This document shows positions 19,775 through 30,011 of a stretch of 64,000 nt of DNA, piece after piece. The translations under genes and the position numbers were made by a program. The DNA lies in contig JAQBUT010000001.1 of assembly GCA_027623195.1 (NCBI GenBank), positions 126,752 through 190,751 of the forward strand, written 5' to 3'. How positions within the stretch are numbered: the stretch's first letter is position 1; each line of letters begins with the position of its first letter. Under the pieces are notes generated by a model. The model worked only from the letters and a program-made list of their open reading frames with translations, ran no database searches and was not told the DNA's origin. Source of the stretch: Chloroflexota bacterium (GTDB taxonomy: Bacteria > Chloroflexota > Dehalococcoidia > Lucifugimonadales > JADFKI01).

Positions 19775-20776
19775 ATGAACCCATTTGTTGCCGGGCAGAT
19801 CCACACCGCCATAGAAGACGTCCGTCTGTTAGAGGCCTTTATCACCGCGCCATTGGGCCTATATTCAGACATAAAGATGCTGCGGGAGTCGCTGCCGTTT
19901 CCGGACGCGGCGGAATTGCCCCGCGAAGAGCTTCGCGAAAGGCGCACAGCCTTTGGGCGGCTAACCGACTCTCCCCAACGACTGACCCTTGACACTATTT
20001 CGTCATTGAGGACGGTGGCGAATATCCTTGAGCAGGTGAAGGACGATCCAGAAATTGCCAAGCTTCGTGACGGGTGGATTCCTCGAGCCCGCATGGTGCT
20101 CCAAAGGTCCGAAGACCAGGTGGCCAGGGAGTTGAGGGCTGGCATTGCATCCAAGGTGCGTGGCCTTTACATCATCGTCGACCCTGAGGCCACTGGCGGC
20201 CGAGACGTTGTAGAGATTGCTGCCGCCGCATTGAAGGGCGGCGTATCCGTGTTGCAGTTGCGCGACAAGTCACGGGACAAGGGCGAGGTCGTTCCTATAG
20301 CCCGAGAGTTAAGAGACCTCTGTGATAAACATGACGCCCTGTTCATCATGAACGACGACGCGGACGTAGCTCAGGCGGTCGAAGCTCACGGTCTTCACGT
20401 TGGCCAGACCGACCTTCCGGTGGGCGAGGCGCGAAAATCGTTGGCGCTTCACCAGATCGTTGGCCGGTCCAACAATGGCATGGAGCAGGCCATGGACTCT
20501 CAGCAGCAGGGCGCAGATTACCTGGCCGTGGGTGCGGTATATTCAACGGCAACCATGGGCAAAAGCGGCAGGACGGCCGTGGGGCCAGAAACCATTCGCA
20601 AGGTGAAGGAGATGGTCGACCACCCCATCGTGGCTATCGGCGGCATCAACGAGAGCAACATCGCTGACGTGGCCCGGGCGGGAGCCGACTGCATCTGCGT
20701 TGTGAGCGCTGTTACATTTGCCGACGACCCTGAGGCGGCTGCCGCAAAACTGATAGAGATTATTAACTCCGCATAA
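19775..20776 (+). CDS. thiE: Thiamine phosphate synthase with an N-terminal helical extension
   Basis: QLRDK, NDDAD, HVGQTD, AIGGI; about 125 extra N-terminal residues. Confidence 0.9.
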   Translation: MNPFVAGQIHTAIEDVRLLEAFITAPLGLYSDIKMLRESLPFPDAAELPREELRERRTAFGRLTDSPQRLTLDTISSLRTVANILEQVKDDPEIAKLRDGWIPRARMVLQRSEDQVARELRAGIASKVRGLYIIVDPEATGGRDVVEIAAAALKGGVSVLQLRDKSRDKGEVVPIARELRDLCDKHDALFIMNDDADVAQAVEAHGLHVGQTDLPVGEARKSLALHQIVGRSNNGMEQAMDSQQQGADYLAVGAVYSTATMGKSGRTAVGPETIRKVKEMVDHPIVAIGGINESNIADVARAGADCICVVSAVTFADDPEAAAAKLIEIINSA

Positions 20777-20815
20777 CCACTTAACCGCTCAAGAGATGCA
20801 TAAAGGAACTTACCT

Positions 20816-21472
20816 ATGACATCCCAAATGGAGTCTGCAGAAAAGCAGAGGGCCAAGCTCCGACAGATTGCCGATGAGGCTCGCGAGGGCTTCTCGGACT
20901 TTCACCAGGCTAGGGAGCAGGCGCTTCGCCTTTCACGAGAGATAATCCGAAACTGCGCCAACTCCATTCGCGCGACGCACAGAGGGGAGTTCCAGCAGGC
21001 CAGGGAACTCATAAACACAATCAACGATCTTGCCGGTCAGTTCGATGACGTCAAGGAGTCTCACCCGGCCGTTTACTACGCCGGTTACGTGGAAGACGCA
21101 CTGAAGGAATATGTGGAAGCGAACGCCACATTGGCCTTCGCGGAAGGCAGCCCGCTGCCCATGCCGCAGGACCTGAAGGTAGGGCCGGCTCCTTATCTGG
21201 GCGGTCTCGCCGACACCGCAGGCGAGCTTCGCAGGTTTATCCTGGATTCCCTCAGACGAGATGACTTCTCCAGGTGCGAGGAGCTTCTGGATGTCATGGA
21301 CGAGATATACACAATACTGGTTACCATGGACTTCCCCGACGCTGTAACCAGGGGTCTGCGCCGGAACACGGATATGGTTAGGGGTGTTCTCGAGCGCACT
21401 CGGGGAGACCTTACCGTGGCCCTACGTCAACGCCGACTTGAGGAAAAATTAGCAGAAGCAAGGGAATCATAA
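20816..21472 (+). CDS. Translin/TRAX family protein
   Basis: RE...SREIIR, EYVEA, YLGGLADTAGELRR, LRRNTD. Confidence 0.85.
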   Translation: MTSQMESAEKQRAKLRQIADEAREGFSDFHQAREQALRLSREIIRNCANSIRATHRGEFQQARELINTINDLAGQFDDVKESHPAVYYAGYVEDALKEYVEANATLAFAEGSPLPMPQDLKVGPAPYLGGLADTAGELRRFILDSLRRDDFSRCEELLDVMDEIYTILVTMDFPDAVTRGLRRNTDMVRGVLERTRGDLTVALRQRRLEEKLAEARES

Positions 21473-21601
21473 GCCTACCCCTAACCTACATATTCCTTGA
21501 CTGCCTAGTACGGCTATGTTAGGTTTTGGCACGTCATAGTGCGAAGTTTCGCAACACTAAGGTCTTCCTAAAGGGGAGACCATTTTTGATGGAGGCAAAC
21601 C

Positions 21602-23647
21602 GTGCCGATAATATATATCGCCATCGCTGCGGGAATAGTGGCATTGATCTTCGCTCTGATTCTGACGATGGACATCATGCGTCAGGACCAGGGCAACGAG
21701 CAGGTCCAGTTCATAGGCAGGGCGATCCAGCAAGGGGCTTCGGCCTTTTTGGCCAGGGAATATACGCTTCTGGCCGGATTCGTAATCGTCATAGCCATAA
21801 TCCTTGGGGTGTTAATAGACTACGACGTAACGGGCAGGGTGGGCTCGACCCATTCATTACCCTCTACCGCCATTGCTTACCTTATCGGCGCTATAGGCTC
21901 AGGCCTGGCCGGATACATAGGTATGAGCATTGCCGTCCGGGCCAACACCCGAACCACGGTGAAGGCCATGGTAGGTCTGAACGCGGCGCTACGAGTCGCC
22001 TTTAACAGCGGCACCGTCATGGGCGTGTCCGTAGTGGGCATCGGCCTGATAGGCGTTACCGTCCTGTACCTGATATTCCAGGACATTTCCATCGTCGCAG
22101 GCTTTGGTTTCGGCGCTTCGTCCATAGCTCTGTTCGCCAGGGTCGGCGGTGGCATTTACACCAAGGCGGCGGACGTTGGAGCAGACCTGGTTGGCAAGAT
22201 CGAGCAGGGAATACCGGAAGATGACCCACGAAACCCTGCAACAGTCGCGGACAACGTGGGCGACAACGTAGGCGACGTCGCGGGCATGGGCGCGGACCTA
22301 TTCGAGTCCTACGTTGGATCGATCATCGCCACCATCGCACTGGCCGCTGTGGGCGCCGGCGCTCTTGGCATGGCCAACCCCACTGGAACCTTCGATTCTT
22401 CGCTGTTTTTGCTGCCCATCATAATCGCGGCCATCGGCATATTCGCCTCGATACTCGGAACGTTCCTGGTTCGCACCACCGAGGGCGCAAGCATGGGTCG
22501 GCTTCTCTGGTCATTGCGCACCGGCATATTCGCCGCAGGCGCGTTGGTGCTGATAGGCACAGCCGTTGCTATCAATCTAATGGACTTGAACTTCAACCTT
22601 TTCTGGGTAGTGCTAACCGGCCTGGTGGCAGGTCAGATCATTGGCACCTCATCGGAGTACTACACCTCTTTCGAGTACAATCCCACGAAATATGTCGCGA
22701 GCCAGTCCGAATCGGGTCCGGCCACGGTTTTAATCAGCGGCCTCGGTCTGGGAATGGTTAGCACAGTAATTCCGGGCTTAGTTATTATCATCGCAATGTG
22801 GATTGCCTACACAATGGCAGACACTTATGGAGTGGCTCTGGCGGCTGTGGGAATGCTTTCCACGCTAGGCATCACGCTTGCCACTGACGCATACGGGCCG
22901 GTAGCGGATAATGCCGGCGGTATCGCAGAGCAGGCTCACATGGACCCAATCGTTCGAGAGCGCACAGACGCACTGGACTCATTGGGCAACACAACGGCGG
23001 CGACGGGCAAGGGATTCGCCATCGGCTCCGCAGTGCTTACCGCCCTGGCGTTAATGGCCGCGTACTCTGAAGTAACTGAACTCACATTAGCGGATTTCAG
23101 TCTGCTTGAAGTGAAAGTACTCATGGGCCTGATAATTGGGGCGATGCTCCCGTTCCTGTTTGCGGCACTGACCATGCAAGCTGTGGGCCGGGCCGCCAAC
23201 GCAATGGTGCGGGAGGTCCGACGCCAATTCCGCGAGATCACAGGACTCCTCGAGGGCACGGCAGACGCGGATTACGCCCGCGCCGTGGACATTAGCACCA
23301 GGGGCGCCATGAAAGAAATGGTCGTGCCAGGCCTGCTGGCAGTCGTGGTTCCTTTAGTGGTGGGGGCTATACTGGGTGGGGCAGCTCTGGGAGGAATGCT
23401 CATTGGAGCAATCGCCACAGGCTTCCTGCTAGCCATTATGATGGCCAACGCCGGAGGCGCATGGGATAACGCAAAGAAATACGTTGAGGCAGGAAACTTA
23501 GGCGGCAAAGGGTCTGACAATCATTCAGCGGTCGTCGTTGGCGACACCGTAGGCGATCCCTTCAAGGATACGTCGGGGCCTGCGCTGAACATTCTAATCA
23601 AGTTAATGTCTATCGTAGCGCTGGTGTTCGCACCGCTTTTCTTGTAA
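21602..23647 (+). CDS. hppA: Membrane-bound pyrophosphatase, K+-dependent type (probably Na+-translocating)
   Basis: [38 protein letters not shown] (Ala at the K+-dependence site), [10 protein letters not shown]. Confidence 0.95.
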   Translation: MPIIYIAIAAGIVALIFALILTMDIMRQDQGNEQVQFIGRAIQQGASAFLAREYTLLAGFVIVIAIILGVLIDYDVTGRVGSTHSLPSTAIAYLIGAIGSGLAGYIGMSIAVRANTRTTVKAMVGLNAALRVAFNSGTVMGVSVVGIGLIGVTVLYLIFQDISIVAGFGFGASSIALFARVGGGIYTKAADVGADLVGKIEQGIPEDDPRNPATVADNVGDNVGDVAGMGADLFESYVGSIIATIALAAVGAGALGMANPTGTFDSSLFLLPIIIAAIGIFASILGTFLVRTTEGASMGRLLWSLRTGIFAAGALVLIGTAVAINLMDLNFNLFWVVLTGLVAGQIIGTSSEYYTSFEYNPTKYVASQSESGPATVLISGLGLGMVSTVIPGLVIIIAMWIAYTMADTYGVALAAVGMLSTLGITLATDAYGPVADNAGGIAEQAHMDPIVRERTDALDSLGNTTAATGKGFAIGSAVLTALALMAAYSEVTELTLADFSLLEVKVLMGLIIGAMLPFLFAALTMQAVGRAANAMVREVRRQFREITGLLEGTADADYARAVDISTRGAMKEMVVPGLLAVVVPLVVGAILGGAALGGMLIGAIATGFLLAIMMANAGGAWDNAKKYVEAGNLGGKGSDNHSAVVVGDTVGDPFKDTSGPALNILIKLMSIVALVFAPLFL

Positions 23648-23664
23648 AAGGCGCAATCATCGAT

Positions 23665-23704
23665 AAAAAAAAGGCCCTGGACTGTAACAGTCCAGGGCCT
23701 TTTT
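23665..23704. terminator. Bidirectional intrinsic terminator
   Basis: A8-GGCCCTGGACTG-TAA-CAGTCCAGGGCC-T5 between convergent genes. Confidence 0.9.
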
Positions 23705-23717
23705 GATTATCAGGGTA

Positions 23718-24029
23718 TTAAGCTGTGGCGCACTCTGCGCATTCGCAAACCTGGGTATTCTTGAACAGCCCCCTGAACAGGTGGGCCACTAACTGCTTAT
23801 CCGTCAGGCCAAACGACTTGCCTATGGCCAGGAACTCGCGCATCCTTATCTGTCGGTCCATGTTTTCCTCCCTGGTCAGGTCGCCCCGGTCCACAAAGGC
23901 CTTGCGCAGGTAAGAGCGCAGCGCCGTCAGATGTTGGGACAATATTGTCTTCTTCACATCTTCGCGAAGAGTAGTCAGATATTCGGCCATGGCCTGCTTT
24001 GGGTCTTTGGAATAAATATTCTTCGTCAT
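23718..24029 (-). CDS. Hypothetical protein with a C-terminal CxCxxC
   Basis: 103-aa ORF ending at the bidirectional terminator. Confidence 0.65.
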   Translation of the reverse strand: MTKNIYSKDPKQAMAEYLTTLREDVKKTILSQHLTALRSYLRKAFVDRGDLTREENMDRQIRMREFLAIGKSFGLTDKQLVAHLFRGLFKNTQVCECAECATA

Positions 24030-24044
24030 AAAAATGCCTTTCCG

Positions 24045-24230
24045 CTATAAGGCGACTTTGGCCTGCTCAACCACACCTTCCAGGGCTTCTACGACATCGC
24101 TAGCCGTAGCGTTTTCATCGAAATCTGCAACGGCCGCCCCGCACTGAAAGCAGGAGACATAGGAGCCGAACTGGGCCTCTTCCATGTATAGATCGCCGCC
24201 ACATCGTGGGCAAGACTTCAACCAGACCAT
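24045..24230 (-). CDS. Small zinc-ribbon protein
   Basis: CPRCGG...CFQCG; GGGGG RBS. Confidence 0.75.
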   Translation of the reverse strand: MVWLKSCPRCGGDLYMEEAQFGSYVSCFQCGAAVADFDENATASDVVEALEGVVEQAKVAL

Positions 24231-24683
24231 CGTTCAACCCCCGTTAAATAGACTTACAAGTCGGTTTCATTTGCCTTACATATTCAATCTATTCCCAAGG
24301 TGGGAACATGCGGGGGTAAAGGCGGTGGACGGCCGGGGATATTGCGTGACGTATGGTGAGGAATCGTGACAATAACGTTAGGTTTCCGGTCGTGCCAGTC
24401 CATTACTTCGTTTCACATACCGGAGCGTCCCGCCACGCGCGCCCGTTCACGAGGCTGTGTACAGCCTTACATTTGCTTAGGTTGCAGTATTGGCAGGCGG
24501 TATTTCTTAAGGGAACACAAGTTAGGATACGTTGGCTGTTCGGAGATATACTCAGGCAAATGGAGACGAGAGCTATTCAAGAGGCCGAAGCAATCGTGTT
24601 AAAATGAAACCCGCTTCGAGCATACAACCGCGCAACGGTCTATCGACAGGAAGACCGGCAGGTTGCGAAACTGGCCCAAAATT

Positions 24684-24769
<86 letters not shown>

Positions 24770-24824
24770 GTTAACAATGGGCTCCGTGGGTATTTCCGCG
24801 AAGCCCGCTTTGTTGTTTGAATAA

Positions 24825-25259
24825 GTAGATCCACCTTATACCCTTATCGGCACTCCCAAAGGTGACATGCTAGTAGAAGAAATCGAAGCTGGGGCGAAGG
24901 TCTGGTCATTGACTGAGTATGGGGACAGGAGGATTGCCGAGGTGATAAAGGCTACGAGTATTGTGGCACCTCTCGGCCACAAAATGGTTAGCGTAGAGTT
25001 GGAAGATAGGCGAAGTCTACTTGCGTCCGCAGGGCACCCGCTAATTGATGAAAGTACTATAGCCGATCTAGCAATTGGTAGCGTCTTGGACCATAGTCGG
25101 GTGTCGATTTTAAATCATGTTACCTATGAAAGTGAAAGGACCTACGATCTTCTCCCAGATGGCGAGACCGGTTTCTTTTTCGCAAACGATATACCCGTAG
25201 CCAGCACTTTGATGAAAAATTGTAATTGTGCCGAAGAGCGGCAAAAGATTGGAAACTGA
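24825..25259 (+). pseudogene. Hint (hedgehog/intein)-domain fragment, N-terminally truncated
   Basis: TLIGTPKG..VEEIEAGAKVWS (block A lacking Cys1), SAGHP (block B), TYDL...FFFANDIPV (blocks F/G); in-frame TAA at 24822-24824. Confidence 0.7.
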
Positions 25260-25446
25260 CCTCAGTCTTTAAAGCGGCTGAACTACGATTGGTTGGGGGC
25301 AGTCTGGCGGAACTCGCTGCGTTATTCATTTCTCACGATCCATTTTCGCCCCTACACAGTTCCAGTCGCTTGTTCATAGAACTCGCCCGGTATACCATTC
25401 ATCGAATTAATCCCCTATACAAATCATATCGAGATGGCTAGAGACA

Positions 25447-27075
25447 GTGTGTAATACGGTTGAATCAGGTCGAGAGTCTTTTCAGCAGCACGCCTGGGAA
25501 GAGGCTTACAATCGACTGTCCGCGGCAGATCACAAGACACCGCTTAATATTGCCGATCTTGAGACTCTTGCGGTGTCCGCATACCTGATCGGTGCTGACC
25601 AAGACAGCGACAACGCCTGGGAGAGGGCGCATCAAGAATGCATGCGCACCGAGGACCTGGTACGTGCGGCTCGGTGTGCTTTCTGGCTTGCCTTAAACCT
25701 CCTGTTGCGGGGGGAAATGTCGAGGGGAGGCGGATGGCTTTCGCGATCGCGCAGGCTTCTCGAAGATCACCCAGATTGTGTGGAGCAAGGATATTTGCTG
25801 GTGCCTGTCGCCCTGGGTTGTATGAGCGAGGGCGATTTTTCCACTGCGAGTGACGTTTTCAGTCAGGCCGCCGATATCGGCGAGCGCTTCAACGATCCGG
25901 ATCTAGTCACCCTTGGACGGCTGGGCCAAGGTCAGGCCTTTATTCATCAGGGTCGTGTTCCAGATGGCTTGGCATTATTGGATGAAGCCATGGTGGCCGT
26001 CACGGCTGGCGAGCTTTCGCCGATGATCGCCGGAATCATCTACTGTTCAATGATCGAAGCTTGCCAAGAGACATTTGACCTGCGACGCGCTCAGGAGTGG
26101 ACTACTGCATTAAGTAACTGGTGTGACACCCAGCCGGAACTGGTCCTATACCGGGGGCAGTGCCTGGTCCATCGGTCCGAGATACTTCTGCTGCACGGTG
26201 ACTGGCCAGATTCAATGGATGAGGCTGACCTTGCGTTGAAACGGCTGTCCCAACCGTCCAACCAGCCAGCTGCAGGTATGGCTTTCTACCAGCAGGGAGA
26301 ACTTCATCGTCTTCGCGGGGAGTTTGCGAAAGCTGAAGAAGCCTATCGCAATGCAAGCCAACACGGGCGAGAACCAATGCCTGGTTTGGCACTGCTACGG
26401 CTGTCTCAAGGCCAGAGCAATTCCGCGGCAGCAACGATCCGCCGTTTAGTAGATGACGCCCAGGGCTGGGTTGCGCAGGCCAAGCTTTATCCAGCGTACA
26501 TTGAGATAATGCTTGAAACCGGAGAGGTTGAAGCTGCCCGTGTGGTGGCCGATCAACTATTGGGCCTCGCTGAGGAATTCGATGCGCCCTTCCTACGTGC
26601 CCTCTCAGCTCATTCTGCTGGGGCTGTCCTTCTCTATGAGGGCGAGTTCGCGATCGCACTAACTGAGTTGCGCCACGCCTGGACGGCCTGGAAGGATCTA
26701 CAAGTTCCATATGAAGCGGCGCGTGTGCGCATATTGATCGGACTCGTATGCCGTAGACTCGGAGATGAAGACACCGCCGCCATGGAATTTGATGCCGCAC
26801 GCACCGTACTCCAACAGTTGGGCGCCGCCCCCGAACTTGCCCGTGTGGAGGCGCTTTCCCGGCTGACTGCCACCCAGCCATCGGGAGGGCTGACCAAGCG
26901 TGAGGTTGAAGTGCTTCGGCTAGTGGCCGTGGGTAAAACCAACATGGCGATCGCAGACGACCTCGTTATCAGCCAGAAAACCGTTGCTCGTCACATGAGC
27001 AATATATTCACCAAGCTGGGACTATCCTCGAGGTCCGCGGTTACGGCTTACGCTTACCAGAACGACCTTCTTTAA
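25447..27075 (+). CDS. LuxR-family transcriptional regulator (TPR-like helical domain + C-terminal HTH)
   Basis: GLTKREVEVLRLVAVGKTN...TVARHMSNIFTKLG. Confidence 0.92.
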   Translation: MCNTVESGRESFQQHAWEEAYNRLSAADHKTPLNIADLETLAVSAYLIGADQDSDNAWERAHQECMRTEDLVRAARCAFWLALNLLLRGEMSRGGGWLSRSRRLLEDHPDCVEQGYLLVPVALGCMSEGDFSTASDVFSQAADIGERFNDPDLVTLGRLGQGQAFIHQGRVPDGLALLDEAMVAVTAGELSPMIAGIIYCSMIEACQETFDLRRAQEWTTALSNWCDTQPELVLYRGQCLVHRSEILLLHGDWPDSMDEADLALKRLSQPSNQPAAGMAFYQQGELHRLRGEFAKAEEAYRNASQHGREPMPGLALLRLSQGQSNSAAATIRRLVDDAQGWVAQAKLYPAYIEIMLETGEVEAARVVADQLLGLAEEFDAPFLRALSAHSAGAVLLYEGEFAIALTELRHAWTAWKDLQVPYEAARVRILIGLVCRRLGDEDTAAMEFDAARTVLQQLGAAPELARVEALSRLTATQPSGGLTKREVEVLRLVAVGKTNMAIADDLVISQKTVARHMSNIFTKLGLSSRSAVTAYAYQNDLL

Positions 27076-27214
27076 ATTCCTACATAAAATTACCCATAGA
27101 TTCGATTTCACATAATTGGGTATTCCATTCGATGCCGCCCTCAACGACAGCCCTTACTATTTCCTCGTGGTCAGTTAAAAGAATCCGGCCACCAAAGAAA
27201 GAAGGAGGAATAGT

Positions 27215-27646
27215 ATGGCTCCTAAGACTGAGGCAACCCCAACCGAATGGGAAATCGCTGAACGGCTGAGCCAACAGTTCGCCCATGTATTCGAGACGCA
27301 GGACGCAGGGAATAAAGTCTTCTCGGACGATGTCCTTTTCGACTTGAACATGCCAGTGTGGCGATTTCAGATACAGGGTCCCAGCGCATTTGAGACACAG
27401 CTCAAGCAGATTGTCGAGGGCGAGGTGCGGATCGACGTTCTCCGCACAGTCGCAACCGACTCGGGGTTCGTAACCGAGCACGAAGAGCACCAGGACGTAA
27501 ATGGGCAAGACTTGACCGCGCGCCGGCTTTGGCTCTGCGAGGTCCAGGACGGGTTGATTGCCGAGGCCGTCGGTTACTGCAGCGGCGAATGGGACGAGGC
27601 GTTGCGGGCCAGGCATGCAGCAGAAGCACCAATGATCCAGCGGTGA
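27215..27646 (+). CDS. NTF2/SnoaL-like fold protein
   Basis: AAGGAGG RBS; C-terminal beta-meander ending DGLIAEAVGYCSGEW. Confidence 0.7.
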   Translation: MAPKTEATPTEWEIAERLSQQFAHVFETQDAGNKVFSDDVLFDLNMPVWRFQIQGPSAFETQLKQIVEGEVRIDVLRTVATDSGFVTEHEEHQDVNGQDLTARRLWLCEVQDGLIAEAVGYCSGEWDEALRARHAAEAPMIQR

Positions 27647-27715
27647 GACTAGATTAGGCTGTGATTGCCGGCCCCATGATTTCTAACTTGAATAAAATAA
27701 TAGAGGAGAATTGTC

Positions 27716-28129
27716 ATGTCAGAACAAAACGTAGCAGTGGTCCAGGCGTTGCATGAGGCGATGGGCAATGGAGATGTATCGGCCGTCGACAAATATTATT
27801 CCCCTGACGCCATCTACCACGGCACCGGAGATATGGCGGACGCTGATATCGCCACATTCAGGCAGTTCATTAGCGCAGTTTTCGAGGCCTTTCCAGCATT
27901 TAAGGTGACGCAGGCGCAGGTTCTTTCAGACGGGGACAAAGTAACATACATCAATACATACAGCGGAACTCATAAAGGTGATTTCATGGGTATACCCGCT
28001 ACTGGCAGATCTATGAGCGTCAGATCCATAGGGGTCGCCAAAATCTCCGAAGGCAAGATCGTGGAAGAGTGGGAAAATTTTGATGAATTGGGGATGATGC
28101 AGCAGTTAGGTGTCATCCCGGCCGAGTAG
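27716..28129 (+). CDS. SnoaL-like ester cyclase
   Basis: GTHKGDFMGIPATGR, GKIVEEW, MMQQLG. Confidence 0.9.
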   Translation: MSEQNVAVVQALHEAMGNGDVSAVDKYYSPDAIYHGTGDMADADIATFRQFISAVFEAFPAFKVTQAQVLSDGDKVTYINTYSGTHKGDFMGIPATGRSMSVRSIGVAKISEGKIVEEWENFDELGMMQQLGVIPAE

Positions 28130-28333
28130 CCCGCAATGAGTCGACGACCCACTTCTTGTTGTTGTTCGCTCAAAATACGACAACAAACGAAATCTCGGGC
28201 CCATGGGATCCTTGTACTCAAAAGACGCGGCCCTTGAGCAAGCCTGTCGGCTTTCTCTTGGGCGCGTCTTAACCGGAGCGTCTTACAGCCAGCAAACCGT
28301 TCCGAATCTGCTGTTGGTTCACGGATGAGCCTC

Positions 28334-29022
28334 TTAGTTTACGTTAGTTGAAACCTCGTAGAACTGCAGTTGAAGCAGCTTCAGTCCGTTATTATCGTAA
28401 CCCCAGAAATAGCCCTGCAGCTCATCGCTGAACAGCGGGTAGAGCTCGGGATTATCTAGACCGTCGTCTGTAATGTCGGCATAGATGTAAAGAAGCTCTC
28501 TACTCACGTTCTCAAATTTCTGCTTGCCTTTCGTCCTCTCCACGGTCAGTTCATCGAGGGAACAGACCTCTTCGTCGCCAGCGGTTCCAAGAATACCGTC
28601 TGCACCTGGTCCCGTGGCGCATTTCACGATCTTAGCCTTGCCGCCAGGGGTCCCAAGGGCCCGGGCGTACACAGAGTAAACCGTAATGCCGTCTCCATCT
28701 GGATCGGGGTTAGGTAACTGGAACTTTGCCCCGTTGCCGTCCGTTCCGTTGGCATCCAGCACATTGAATCCATCGCCCTCAGCGAGCATGATCTTGGTCT
28801 TGCCTTGCATCTTCACAAATATTCTGTGTCCGTCATTGCTATCCATTGCAGCGGTTTTGTCTTTCGGCACTCCGATAATATTTAGGTTGTAGTGCGCGCC
28901 GTTGGGGCCCCATTTCCAGCACCGGCTTCCGCCCAGTTGGGGCTTACGACCGTGACGGCCAGGGCTAGAGCGGCGGCACTCAAACCCAATTTCTTCATTA
29001 GTGAAAATCTGCCTACCATCAT
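28334..29022 (-). pseudogene. Secreted hypothetical protein, frameshifted near 28904-28911
   Basis: Signal peptide MKKLGLSAAALALAVTVVSPNWAEA-GAGNGAP lies in a different frame from the body NGAHYNLNIIGVPKDK; one extra C in GGGGCCCC joins them. Confidence 0.65.
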
Positions 29023-29246
29023 CAACATTCCTCCATCCAATTTTCACGGATTAAGTAGCTCCGTCATTACTTTAAGGCACCGCAAGTGTTGCGTGAGTGT
29101 TAACCATGTAGGATAGTAGGGGTGCCTCGGTTTGATTCCGCCTTTGGATAGGCATATCGGCCTTTAAATGTTTACCCCGGCACCATCAAGTCAACTTAGA
29201 TAAGACATACTGGAGATGTAGTACGTCAACAAGCGGCGGAGGTTCC

Positions 29247-29648
29247 ATGAAGGGCAAGACACTCATAGTAGATGATGAGCCCCAAATGCGAAGCATGATG
29301 GCCGAGTGGCTAACTCATGCGGGATACGAATCTCTCACCGCATGCGATGGTGAAGAAGGGCTGATCTCGCTTCTGAAGGAACAGCCGGACGTCGCCGTGT
29401 CAGATGTATGTATGCCCAACATGGACGGGTACGAGTTCTGTCGTTTGGCCCGCGAAGGATCAGACGTAGCCGTCGTATTAATGTCAGGCTTTTCCAGTTA
29501 AATCGAAGTCCTAAAGTCAAAGGACATGGGATCAGACCTCGTGTTGACCAAACCCTTCGGAATGGAGGAGTTCCTAGAGGCCATTGACAATCTCATGGAG
29601 CAGCGAACAAGTCAGTCCAGTTTGGCGGATACCTCCAAAAGCTCCTAA
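29247..29648 (+). pseudogene. Response-regulator receiver domain with an internal TAA
   Basis: LIVDDE, SDVCMPNMDG, MSG, then TAA (29499-29501), continuing in frame to LTKPFGMEEF. Confidence 0.85.
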
Positions 29649-29949
29649 GATCTCCGGGTTTATCGGTATTCTGGCGAAATAACGGCGCCTGAACTTCTAG
29701 CGTCTCGAGGATTAATTAACCCCCATCCGGCAATTACCCAAGGCATTCCAATGGAGAACTGATAAATGGAGACTGCGCTGGTCGCGTCCATCATCAGGCA
29801 CCACTTCTGGCATGTAGCAGACCCGCAGGAGGCCGGGGTCGAAAGGCGCGACTTCGAGAAAAACATGGCGCTTATCGGCACATGCCTTCTCATAGCCTTC
29901 TTTGGCTCAGGGCCTTACAGCCTGCACTAGCTTGCCCTTTGTCCACGCA

Positions 29950-29989
29950 AACCGGCCTCCCAGGATTTTAATATCCTGGAAGGCCGGTT
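29950..29989 (-). terminator. Terminator-like hairpin downstream of the lactonase
   Basis: AACCGGCCTTCCAGGAT...ATCCTGGGAGGCCGGTTT on the minus strand. Confidence 0.65.
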
Positions 29990-30011
29990 CTATTAGAGTG
30001 TCAGAATTGGG

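Noticed and set aside
28150..28272. Two long imperfect hairpins between convergent genes
   Set aside because: Adequately explained as terminators or 3' stabilisers; no other ncRNA evidence
29660..29893. 77-aa minus-strand ORF with three Cys
   Set aside because: No recognisable motif; cannot be distinguished from a chance ORF
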